From Roseibacillus sp. (lineage in GTDB: Bacteria > Verrucomicrobiota > Verrucomicrobiia > Verrucomicrobiales > Akkermansiaceae): a stretch of DNA of 64,000 bases. The stretch's first letter is position 1. Each line of letters begins with the position of its first letter. A program made the position numbers and the translations under genes. Of the stretch, positions 1 to 8,903 are shown in pieces. The notes under the pieces were generated by a model. The model made no database searches and had not been told where the DNA came from. It saw only the letters and a program-made list of their open reading frames with translations. The stretch covers positions 320,001 through 384,000 of the forward strand of contig CBDEUM010000014.1 of NCBI GenBank assembly GCA_965242925.1, written 5' to 3'.

Positions 1-170
1 GAAAAAGGGAAGAACCGGACAAACCTATTCATGGCCGGCAGTGTGCCCACCCTGTCCCCGGAATCAAGAAGCCCCTGCCACCCCTGCCGTGGCACCCCGG
101 AATGATCCAATGGCTCCGGAACTCAAGAGCTCCTTGACTCAGAGCGTGCAGTGTCCTACCTCCGCTCCCC

Positions 171-1290
171 ATGCCAGAACCTTCATTCAGCGACGACCTC
201 CAGGCGCTCGACACCACGGCCCTCAAGGGCCGCTTGTCGGAACTCCGGAGGTATCTTTGACGTCCCTGAACTGGAGAAGAACATCGCTACCATCGAAAAG
301 AAGATGGAGTCCCCGGACTTCTGGAACGACCAGAACGCCGCCCAGTCGACGGTCAGGGAGGCCAGCCGGCTCAAGGGCAAACTCCACCCCTTCCTCAGGC
401 TCGAGGAACGCCTCCAGAACGTGGAGGCCGGGATCGAACTGGCGCGCGAATTCAATGATGCCGACTCGGCCCAGGAGGCCTCCGACGAATTCAAGACCCT
501 CACCCGCGACATCGATTCCTTTGAGCTGGTAACCCTCCTCGACAAGCCGACCGATCTCAACAATGCCTACCTGTCCATCCAGGCGGGGGCCGGCGGCACG
601 GAGGCTTTCGACTGGGCCCAGATGCTTCAGCGCATGTACATGCGCTGGGCGGAGAGCAGGGGATTCAAGGTGTCCGTCACGGACGAGCAGGAGGGGGAAG
701 GTGCGGGCATCTCCAGCGCCTCCCTCAAGATTGAGGGAGAGTATGCCTACGGCTACCTGAAGAACGAACGCGGGGTGCATCGCCTGGTGCGCATTTCTCC
801 CTTCGATGCAGCCGGCAAGCGTCACACTTCATTCGTCGCAATCGACTGCACACCGGAGATCTCCAAGGACATCAATATCGAGATTCCCGAGGGCGACGTC
901 GAAGTGCAAACCACCCGCTCCGGCGGAAAAGGCGGCCAGAATGTCAACAAGGTGGAAACGGCGGTCATCCTGAAACACAGTCCCTCCGGCATCCTCATCC
1001 GTTGCACGCAGGAGCGCTCCCAGCTGCGCAACCGCGAACTGGCCTGGGAACTTCTCAAGGCCAAGCTCTACCAGATTGAGGAGGACAAGCAGAAGGCAGA
1101 GGCGGACCGAACCTACGGCGAGAAGGGCGAAATCGGATTCGGCAGCCAGATCCGCTCCTACGTCTTCCAGCCCTATCAGATGGTCAAGGATCTCCGTACG
1201 GGCCATGAAACAGGGAATATCCAGGCCGTCATGGACGGGGACCTCGATGGCTTCATCGAGGCCAAGCTGCGCGGTCAGGAGAGATCCTGA
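171..1290 (+). CDS. prfB: Peptide chain release factor 2, expressed via programmed +1 frameshift
   Basis: ATG at 171 opens [29 protein letters not shown] ending at CTT-TGA-C (255-261). The +1 frame continues DVPELEK... with the SPF anticodon-mimic motif (RISPFD) and GGQ (GGKGGQNVN). Confidence 0.97.
246..261 (+). other. prfB programmed +1 ribosomal frameshift site
   Basis: CGGAGGTATCTTTGAC: internal SD-like GGAGG, 3-nt spacer, slippery CTT TGA C; canonical RF2 autoregulatory cassette. Confidence 0.96.
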
Positions 1291-1345
1291 TTTCGAGGCC
1301 ATTGAAGGTTGGCACCCTCAAAATTTTTGTTAGGGTCGGACTCCG

Positions 1346-2101
1346 ATGAAACGATTCTGGTGCTTCCTGCTGGCCCTCGTCTGCCCCGCCCTTGCAGACG
1401 TGGAATGGCGCAGCTTTGAAAACGCGGACAAGACCAGGTCCTTCCAGGGGCGTCTGGTCGGCTACGATCCCGCCCGGAAAAAGGTCACCGTGCAGAAGAA
1501 ATCAACCCTGCGCCCGGTCACCTTCAGCGTGGCCCTGCTTTCCGAGGAGCACCGCAAGTTCGTGGAAAAGCGCGCCGTAGAACTGGAAGCAGCTGGCGGC
1601 CTGCGCATGATGTTTTACCAGACGATCGAGAAAACCGGGAGCAACCGCAGCGGTGACACCCGCACCAGCAGTTACAACGGTGGCTATAAGATCGAAATCC
1701 GGAACTTCCTTCGTCGTGCCATCCAGGATGTCTCGGTCGACTATATCGTGATTTACCGCAAGGACTCGACCAAGGGTAATGGGACAAGGAGCGTTAAGAG
1801 AGGATCTAGGGACCTCACCGCCCTGGTGCCCAACTACGACGAGAACATCGTCATCGATGGCATCCCACTCACCAGCTACTACAAAGCTGGCTCGGTCTCG
1901 GTAACGGGGGCGGCGGGATCGACATGATGTCGCGGTGGTGGTGGCGCGGTCAGCGCCACGAGGTCACAGCGAAGCCGCGACTCCCTGGTCGGTTGCATTG
2001 CCCAGATTAAAGTGGGTGGCAAGGTGGTGAAGACCGAGGCGTCGAGCGCTGATGTGCTCCGCCAGTACAGCGGCGCCTTTGGATCATCTGACGCCCGGTA
2101 A
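1346..2101 (+). CDS. Exported SHD1-like domain protein; candidate selenoprotein (in-frame TGA at 1925-1927), 251 aa if read through, 193 aa if not
   Basis: Signal peptide MKRFWCFLLALVCPALA. N-terminal domain WRSFENADKTRSFQGRLVG...VALLSEEHRKFVE resembles SHD1. After the TGA the frame stays open for 57 codons to TAA at 2099-2101, and a hairpin follows the TGA. Confidence 0.72.
1928..1981 (+). promoter_or_regulatory. Candidate bacterial SECIS element
   Basis: Upper stem GTGGCGC(1941-1947)/GCGCCAC(1953-1959) with loop GGTCA starting 20 nt after the TGA. Lower stem GTCGCGG(1929-1935)/CCGCGAC(1975-1981). Confidence 0.62.
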
Positions 2102-2181
2102 GCCGGTAGCCACTCAGGCTCTCCGGTTCCTGTGCGAACCTCCGGGGGGCAACCCCTTTCCGGGCTCCAGGCAGCTTCAAC

Positions 2182-3561
2182 CTAGCGAAAGGAAACGTCC
2201 TGGCCGACGGCAACCAGCTTGCCCCAGAGTTGCTGGGGAGATTCGCCCGGAGCGGTCATGACGAAATGGGGGGCATATTCCCGTCCCAACCCCAATTCCT
2301 CGACGAAATCGCGAAAAAGGTCCCGGAGCGCATCGCGCACAACAGGATCGGAGTTGGCCGGCAGAAGAAAGAGCACAGATCGGCGACCTTCCTCGTGGGA
2401 GTTGCTGAGAAGCGTCCTGTGAGGGAGTAGCTCCAAGAGGTCGCGGAATGACTCGGCGGAATCCACTCCGTCGTCAAAGTCGAAGGGAACGCGCACCAGG
2501 GTGGAGGGAGCCGCGTACTTGGTGTGGGTTGTCACCGCCGCTTCCATGGCAGCATAGAATTCATACTGGTCGATGGAGCGGTGGCGGGCCTCGTCATGAA
2601 GCGGCGGGGCTGGGGACCCGATCCTTCGATCGCAGACTGACTTCATCATCTCAAAGGACCCCGGCTGGAGGTTGTTGAAAGGCACATCCTGCACGATCAG
2701 GACGTGGGTTGTTGCCCTGTCGGCACCGTTGGTGATGGGATACGCTGCAAGATACCCGGACCTGCGTGAAGGGGGATTTTGCAGAAGGGTCTTCTGGACC
2801 AGAAAGCAGTTCCGGGCCAGGGACTCCGCCACGATCTGGTGATCATCCCGCAGCAGGTGCTCCGGGAAGTGCGCGGAGTCCCCCAGGGAGGCAACCCGCA
2901 CAAGAGCTGCAGCCCGGGACTCCAGAGGCACCTCGTAAAGTGCCGCACTGCCTGCGTGAGTGATCCGGGCCAGAGCCGCGAGAAGATCTGACGGGACGAA
3001 ATCGCTACAGGTTTCCACCGCCTCTCCCAGGTCCTCCTCCAGTTGTTCCTCCAGAGAATCCGCCTCGGCGCCATGGAATTCGAGCCTTTGCTGGAGATCC
3101 TGCCGGGAAAGCACGAGCAACTCCTTCTCGGCGTGCACCCGGCGGTTCTCTCTCCTGAGCTCTTCACCCTCTTTTTCCAACTGCAATCCACACCGCTGCA
3201 GGCCCTCCGAAACCTGGCCCAGGAGAACCCCGAGGAGAGGGAAGGAGATCAGAGTGTAGCGATGCTCCGTGAGAGTGATCCCCTGGCCTGCCACATACCT
3301 TCCCACCACCAGGAGCAGAACAGTGAGTAGCCCGGCGCTGAGCCCGGCGCTGAATCCGTAACGAACACCGAGGAGCACAGGGATGAGAAGAAAGGGAGTC
3401 GGATTGACGCCAAACCAACCGGCATCTCCGGGAACGATCACGTAGTTCACCAAGGCCAGCAGCGCGAAGAACGCAACGAAGCGGAGAAGAAAGAACCGAA
3501 CAGGATATGGCCCGGGACAAGACACGGAGCCATGGACAAAGGGCAGGGTCTGGGCAGACAT
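2182..3561 (-). CDS. PelD-like membrane protein (TM bundle, coiled coil, GAF-like domain, degenerate GGDEF-like C-terminus)
   Basis: PFLLIPVLLGVRYGFSAGLSAGLL resembles the PelD membrane segment, followed by a coiled coil, a GAF-like region and C-terminal EEGRRSVLFLLP. Start could be the TTG at 3579. Confidence 0.6.
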   Translation of the reverse strand: MSAQTLPFVHGSVSCPGPYPVRFFLLRFVAFFALLALVNYVIVPGDAGWFGVNPTPFLLIPVLLGVRYGFSAGLSAGLLTVLLLVVGRYVAGQGITLTEHRYTLISFPLLGVLLGQVSEGLQRCGLQLEKEGEELRRENRRVHAEKELLVLSRQDLQQRLEFHGAEADSLEEQLEEDLGEAVETCSDFVPSDLLAALARITHAGSAALYEVPLESRAAALVRVASLGDSAHFPEHLLRDDHQIVAESLARNCFLVQKTLLQNPPSRRSGYLAAYPITNGADRATTHVLIVQDVPFNNLQPGSFEMMKSVCDRRIGSPAPPLHDEARHRSIDQYEFYAAMEAAVTTHTKYAAPSTLVRVPFDFDDGVDSAESFRDLLELLPHRTLLSNSHEEGRRSVLFLLPANSDPVVRDALRDLFRDFVEELGLGREYAPHFVMTAPGESPQQLWGKLVAVGQDVSFR

Positions 3562-3840
3562 GGGGGAGGCAGAGGGCAAGGGTGTGGCAGCGCAATGCTT
3601 GCAGTGGCACTGCGGACAAGGTCCTTCAGATAACCGGACTACCTCAGTGTCGCCAAAAGGAAATTTAGAAATGAATTTAAGCGATGATGATATTCATGGT
3701 AATTCTTCCTGTCTCAGTTAAACGAAATTCTCCTGATATCTAATCATCTCAAATTAAATACGGGATCCCTAGTAGGATCCCTTTATCAGCGAAAACAGGG
3801 AGAATGGGGCCCAGTTGTTGATCTCATCCATCCTGCGGAT

Positions 3841-3876
3841 CAAAACTTCAGGACAGCTCTTGGCTTCTCCTGAAAG
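3841..3876 (-). terminator. Possible intrinsic terminator downstream of the M28 peptidase gene
   Basis: Inverted repeat TTCAGGA(3847-3853)/TCCTGAA(3868-3874) followed on the minus strand by GTTTTG; U-tract is short. Confidence 0.3.
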
Positions 3877-3967
3877 AACGGGAAAACCCCTTAGTCGTGT
3901 AGCTGCGAAAATAAGGAAAACTTGGATCCGGGCCTTGGCCTGGAATTTCAGTTCTCTTTATCTAACA

Positions 3968-6955
3968 TCACTGCCGCGAACCCGGAACCACTTCCAGGAT
4001 GACCTTCTTCCCTTTGCGCAGCACGGTGATTTTCACTTTCTCTCCCACCTTGAGGGACTCCAGCAGGTAGGTGTAGTCGTAGATATTCTTCACTTCCTTG
4101 CCCGACACGTTGACCACCACGTCACCGGCTTCGATGCCGGCCTTGTCGGCCGGACCGCCCTTGGTGGCACCCGAGAGTTTGACCCCCACAATATCACCCT
4201 GGGAATAGTCGGGAACGGTTCCCAGATAGGCCCGCAAGTTGGCCCGTCGCCCCTGCCCTTCAGGGCGTTCCACCTTGACGTAATCGGGCTCCTCACCAGC
4301 GGCGGCCAGACCGCGGGCCACCAGGGCCATGAAACGCGTGACGCGCTCGGTCCCGGGGTAATTGATCTTGTCAGCAGTATCTCTGGGCGTGTGGTAATCA
4401 TCGTGAGCACCAGTGAAGGCGTTCAGAATCGGCACTTCGCGCAGGTAGAAGGATGTCGCATCCGTGGGCAGATAGGCATCGCTCTGCGTCTTGATGGACA
4501 ATCCGACAGGGACGTTGCGCTGTTCGATGATCCCAGGCCAGATTGAACTGGATCCCGTCCCCTGGAGGACGAGGGATTTGTCGAGACGACCCACCATGTC
4601 CATATTGAGATTAGCCGCAAAAATCCCATTGAGCTTGGCGTTTTCATCGCCCTTCAACTTCCGGGCAACCTCCTTGACGAAATGGGAAGAACCGATCAAT
4701 CCGATTTCCTCCCCGGACCAGGCCGCAAAGAGGACATCTCGCTTGAGCTTGAGTTTCCCGGCCTTCTGCTGAGAAGAGAGATACTGGGCGATCTCCAGCA
4801 AACCCGCCACCCCCGAGGCGTTATCATCCGCACCAAAATGAATTTCCTGCGCCTCTTTTCCGGTGGCTCGCGAGCCACCGCCATGGGTCCCCAGATGATC
4901 GACATGTGCCCCGAGAATAAGCGCCGGCCGCCTCTGGGCTTCCGGGTCCGCGGCGACCAGCCGTCCCACCACATTACGGCCGGTTCGCTTCTGTTGGACA
5001 ATGTCAATCCGGGCCCCGAGAGCGGCCTTGGGAATCTTCAGGCCCATCATCATCTCTCCCTTGTCGAGAATGGTCTGGATCTCCTTGAGATTCTTGCCGG
5101 TTGCCGCAACCAATTTCTCGCCGATCTCCTTGCGCACCGAGAGTGCCGCGATACCGGAGTCCGCCATTGATGCATCATAGCTCAGTCTCACCAACTCCTC
5201 CCGCACCTTCGAATTCGGGCCGGCCACGAAGATGATTCCCCGGGCGCCCTTCTGGCGGGCCGTCATAGCCTTGTAGCGCATACTTGAGTAACGGGCAAAC
5301 TGGCGGCGGCGCTCTGCGCTCACGTTTTCAGGTATGAAGCGGAGAGCCAGCACCCACTTGTCCTTTACCGCCAGATGGTAATAGCTGGAGTACATCTTCG
5401 TCTTGGAGCCATCGGCATCCACCTGCCCTTCTGGGATCTCAATCCCGTATCCGGCGAAAACGATTTCCTCGGCCTTGATCTCTCCCAGCTGGGAAAAGGA
5501 AAGCGGACGCCAGTCCTCGTCTACCTTGAGGTCCAGTTCTTCATCCCCCGTCTTCAGGACGAGCGTGTTCCCCTTGCCGAGATCCATCCCCGCCGTGAAC
5601 TCGAAGGGGTGAAAGTAGTTGTCGCCCAGAAAGGGTTTCAACCCGAACTCTTCGAAGGCTCGTGCCACGTAGGCGGTCGCCTTGCGCTCCCCCGGCGTGC
5701 CCGTCATCCGGCCCTCCAGTTCAGGGCCCGCCAGGTACTCGATATGGTGACGAAGGTCCCCCTGGTCAACCTTGGAAGTCGTGGCTGCCAACCCCGCAAG
5801 AGCCTTGGTGGAAAGTTCCACCTTGGGGTCCTCCTTGCCTTGAGGGGGCGTTCCCCGGACAGGCGCGGCGGCAAGAAGTTCGAGGGCAGCGCTGTGATTC
5901 CAGTCCGCCAGAAAAATCTGTGAACCCTTCTTGCCCGTCCGTTTGCTGGTCCAGGACAGGCGCTTCCCATCAGGGGAAAATGCAGGCAACCCGTCGAATC
6001 CGTCCGTCCAGGTCACCCGCACCGGTTCCCTGGCCCCAGCCGCGTCAACCAGGTAGAGCTCAAAGTTGGCGAAACCGTTCAGATTCGTTGCGAAGATAAG
6101 ATACTCACCACTCGAGTGGAAGTAGGGCGCCCACGACATCGCGTCCAGGGCAGTGAGCTGTTTCTCGTTACTCCCGTCGACATTCATGGTCCAGATCTCG
6201 GCCTGATCCCCTTCCCGGTTGAAACGCCGCCAACAGATCTTCGATCCATCCGCATTGAAGAACGCCCCGCCATCGTAACCGGGCTCCGACGTCAGCTGTT
6301 TCACATTGGAGCCATCCGCATCCATGATGAAGAGGTCCATCAGGAAGGAAGGATTGAGCTTGAACCACTCCCGGTCCTTTGCGCTGAGCCTGTCGGCATC
6401 GGAGTAGCCCAGACGGTTGGATCCAAAGACCACCTTACGCCCATCCGGTGAGTAGGCCCCCTCCGCATCGTAGCCTGGCGTTCTGGTCAGGTTACGGGAT
6501 TTCTTCGTCTCCAGATCATACTCGTAGATGTCGAAGAAGGCATCGTAGTCCCAGGAATAACGCTTCTCCTTGCCCTCCGCCCGACGCTTCAACGCTTCCT
6601 CCTGTTTTTTCCTCGCATCGGGATCGCTGTGAGTGGAGGCGAACATGACCTTCTTCCCCCCGGGGTGAATCCAGGCACACGTCGTCTTGCCATGGCCGGG
6701 AGAGATGCGCTCGGTATCGCCGGTCTCCAGATCAATCAGGTAGATCTGGAAAAACGGATTATCCTTCTCCCGTTCACTCTGGAAAATCATCTTGCTCCCA
6801 TCCGCACTGAAATAGCCCTCCCCGGCCCGCTTGCCCGCGAAGGTGAGCTGCCGGGTGGAGGAGAGAAGGCGCGCTTCATTTTCTGCCGCCTCGTCCGCAA
6901 GGGCAGCCACAGGCACACTCAAGGCGAGGGAAATCAGGAGATAAACAGTTCTCAT
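3968..6955 (-). CDS. Exported M28-family peptidase with TolB-like (PD40) propeller, PA and PDZ domains
   Basis: Signal peptide from ATG 6955; repeated (F/Y)SPDG motifs; GAHVDH, GADDNASG, SGEE, NMDMVGR and DYHTPRD zinc-peptidase motifs; C-terminal PDZ (YLGTVPDY...GPADKAGI). Confidence 0.92.
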   Translation of the reverse strand: MRTVYLLISLALSVPVAALADEAAENEARLLSSTRQLTFAGKRAGEGYFSADGSKMIFQSEREKDNPFFQIYLIDLETGDTERISPGHGKTTCAWIHPGGKKVMFASTHSDPDARKKQEEALKRRAEGKEKRYSWDYDAFFDIYEYDLETKKSRNLTRTPGYDAEGAYSPDGRKVVFGSNRLGYSDADRLSAKDREWFKLNPSFLMDLFIMDADGSNVKQLTSEPGYDGGAFFNADGSKICWRRFNREGDQAEIWTMNVDGSNEKQLTALDAMSWAPYFHSSGEYLIFATNLNGFANFELYLVDAAGAREPVRVTWTDGFDGLPAFSPDGKRLSWTSKRTGKKGSQIFLADWNHSAALELLAAAPVRGTPPQGKEDPKVELSTKALAGLAATTSKVDQGDLRHHIEYLAGPELEGRMTGTPGERKATAYVARAFEEFGLKPFLGDNYFHPFEFTAGMDLGKGNTLVLKTGDEELDLKVDEDWRPLSFSQLGEIKAEEIVFAGYGIEIPEGQVDADGSKTKMYSSYYHLAVKDKWVLALRFIPENVSAERRRQFARYSSMRYKAMTARQKGARGIIFVAGPNSKVREELVRLSYDASMADSGIAALSVRKEIGEKLVAATGKNLKEIQTILDKGEMMMGLKIPKAALGARIDIVQQKRTGRNVVGRLVAADPEAQRRPALILGAHVDHLGTHGGGSRATGKEAQEIHFGADDNASGVAGLLEIAQYLSSQQKAGKLKLKRDVLFAAWSGEEIGLIGSSHFVKEVARKLKGDENAKLNGIFAANLNMDMVGRLDKSLVLQGTGSSSIWPGIIEQRNVPVGLSIKTQSDAYLPTDATSFYLREVPILNAFTGAHDDYHTPRDTADKINYPGTERVTRFMALVARGLAAAGEEPDYVKVERPEGQGRRANLRAYLGTVPDYSQGDIVGVKLSGATKGGPADKAGIEAGDVVVNVSGKEVKNIYDYTYLLESLKVGEKVKITVLRKGKKVILEVVPGSRQ

Positions 6956-7049
6956 GTGTGAAATCCTAATAGAATCAGGCCTCCTATACGTCAATCGTAT
7001 GCTCGGAATTGCTTTTCGTTTCAAAATTCCTCACTGAGAGGCGCTCACC

Positions 7050-7745
7050 ATGCGCATCGACATCGTCACGCTCTTCCCCGAAATCGCCCTCGCGCCCCTG
7101 AACGAGAGTATCATCAAACGGGCACAGGAGGCCGGGATCGTGGAGATTCACGCTCACGATCTGCGGTCCTGGGCGAAGGACAAACACCGCAAGACCGACG
7201 ACTATCTCTGCGGGGGAGGCCAGGGCATGCTGCTCAAGCCGGAGCCTCTCTTCGCGGCGGTCGAAGACCTGCGCCAGGAATCAACCGTGGTGATCCTGGC
7301 AACCCCCCAGGGAAGGCCCTTCATGCAGAACGATGCCCACCGGCTCGCCACCGATGATCATCTCCTCTTTCTCTGTGGCCATTACGAGGGTGTGGATCAC
7401 CGGGTGATTGAGGAACTGGTCGACGAAGAAATCAGCATTGGTGACTACGTGCTGACAAATGGAGCTCTTGCCAGTGCGGTCATCTGCGATGCAGTCATCC
7501 GCCTCCTGCCCGGAGCCCTCGGCGACGAGCGGTCCCCCGAAGAGGAGTCCTTCTCGGATCCAAACCTGTTAGAATCTCCCGCCTACACAAAGCCTGTCGA
7601 TTTTCGAGGACTCAAGGTTCCGGAGGTTCTCCTTTCGGGCCACCACGGCGAGATTGAAAGATGGAAACAGGCGCGCGCTCTGGAGCGCACCCGCAGAAAT
7701 CGTTCCGATCTGCTCGATTCGCCACCTGAAGCGGAGGAGCAGTAA
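7050..7745 (+). CDS. trmD: tRNA (guanine37-N1)-methyltransferase
   Basis: MRIDIVTLFPE, GGGQGM, LCGHYEGVDHR, EISIGDYVLTNG, VPEVLLSGHH motifs. Confidence 0.97.
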   Translation: MRIDIVTLFPEIALAPLNESIIKRAQEAGIVEIHAHDLRSWAKDKHRKTDDYLCGGGQGMLLKPEPLFAAVEDLRQESTVVILATPQGRPFMQNDAHRLATDDHLLFLCGHYEGVDHRVIEELVDEEISIGDYVLTNGALASAVICDAVIRLLPGALGDERSPEEESFSDPNLLESPAYTKPVDFRGLKVPEVLLSGHHGEIERWKQARALERTRRNRSDLLDSPPEAEEQ

Positions 7746-7829
7746 CCGTGGCACGATCCCCTTGCCCCTGACATTGCAGACCGGCGTTTCTCTCTCGCCA
7801 CTGCTTACCGGCCACTGATAGAAACGAGC

Positions 7830-8702
7830 ATGCACAGCATGACCGGATTTGGCCGCGGAACCCATGCCACTGAACGCGTTGTGATCCGCGTGGAGGCCTC
7901 CTCGGTCAACCGCAAGCAGGGCGAGGTCCACTTTTTCATGCCCCGCGATCTCGCTGAACTGGAACCCCGCCTGCGCAAGCACGTCCTGGGCCGGATCACC
8001 CGCGGACGGATCAACATCAACGTCAATCTCGAACACCCCAGCGGGGCGGGTGGCGGCATCCGGGTGGACATGGGGAAGGCCCGTGCCCTGAAAGCGGCCT
8101 TCACCAGGCTGTCCGATGGCCTCGAACAGGAACTCACCCCCGGGAGCACCGACTACCTCCGCGCTCCCGATATCTTTGTCTTCGAAGAAGACTACCAGGT
8201 GGAAGAGATCTGGACCGCCCTGCAACCGGCTCTGGATGAGGCTCTTGACAGCCTGATCGAGATGCGCGCCGAGGAGGGTGCCGACCTCCAGGTCGAACTC
8301 GAACGTATCCTTGCCGCGCTTGAGGCCCTCACCCATGAGATTGAGGAGCATGCCCCCTCAGTTGTCACCGCACATCGGGAGAACCTCCTGCGCCGCCTCC
8401 GTGATGCGGATCTGGATCTCGCTTCTGATGACGAGCGGATCCTCAAGGAGATCGCGCTCTTCGCCGACCGCTGCGAGATAACGGAAGAACTCGCCCGGTT
8501 GCGCTCACACCTCCGGAAGTTCCACAACTATATCGAAAACTCCGGGGTAGTGGGGCGATCGATGGATTTCCTCTGCCAGGAGATCAATCGTGAGTTTAAC
8601 ACCATCGGATCCAAAGCCAACGATGCCTCCCTTGCCCAGCTGGTCGTCACCGCCAAGACGGAACTCGAAAAGATCCGCGAACAGGTGCAGAATATCGAAT
8701 AA
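7830..8702 (+). CDS. yicC: YicC/YloC family endoribonuclease
   Basis: SMTGFGR N-terminus; EELARLRSH, GRSMDFLCQEINREFNTIGSK, EKIREQVQNIE C-terminus. Confidence 0.93.
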   Translation: MHSMTGFGRGTHATERVVIRVEASSVNRKQGEVHFFMPRDLAELEPRLRKHVLGRITRGRININVNLEHPSGAGGGIRVDMGKARALKAAFTRLSDGLEQELTPGSTDYLRAPDIFVFEEDYQVEEIWTALQPALDEALDSLIEMRAEEGADLQVELERILAALEALTHEIEEHAPSVVTAHRENLLRRLRDADLDLASDDERILKEIALFADRCEITEELARLRSHLRKFHNYIENSGVVGRSMDFLCQEINREFNTIGSKANDASLAQLVVTAKTELEKIREQVQNIE

Positions 8703-8903
8703 GCTGGCCTCGGGTCAGAAACCACACCCACCTCTGCAGGACAATGACCGCCGGGGGAGACCGTGGCGATCGTCCCTCGACGAAGCGGAGCCCTGCCATC
8801 CCGGCTGCCAGTTCTCCACTCCGGACAACCGGCTTTCCCATTCACGGCTTGCCATCTGCGGCCGGGAAAGCGTATTCCGAACACGCGCCTCTTCCTTTCC
8901 ACG

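Noticed and set aside
151..260. ORF-track start for prfB at 151, or prfB as a pseudogene
   Set aside because: Explained by the canonical programmed frameshift from ATG 171.
3329..3353. 12-bp tandem repeat AGCCCGGCGCTG
   Set aside because: It simply encodes SAGL-SAGL within a TM helix of the PelD-like gene.
3580..3965. c-di-GMP riboswitch upstream of the PelD-like gene
   Set aside because: I could not find the GEMM-type conserved elements by eye; an Rfam scan is needed.
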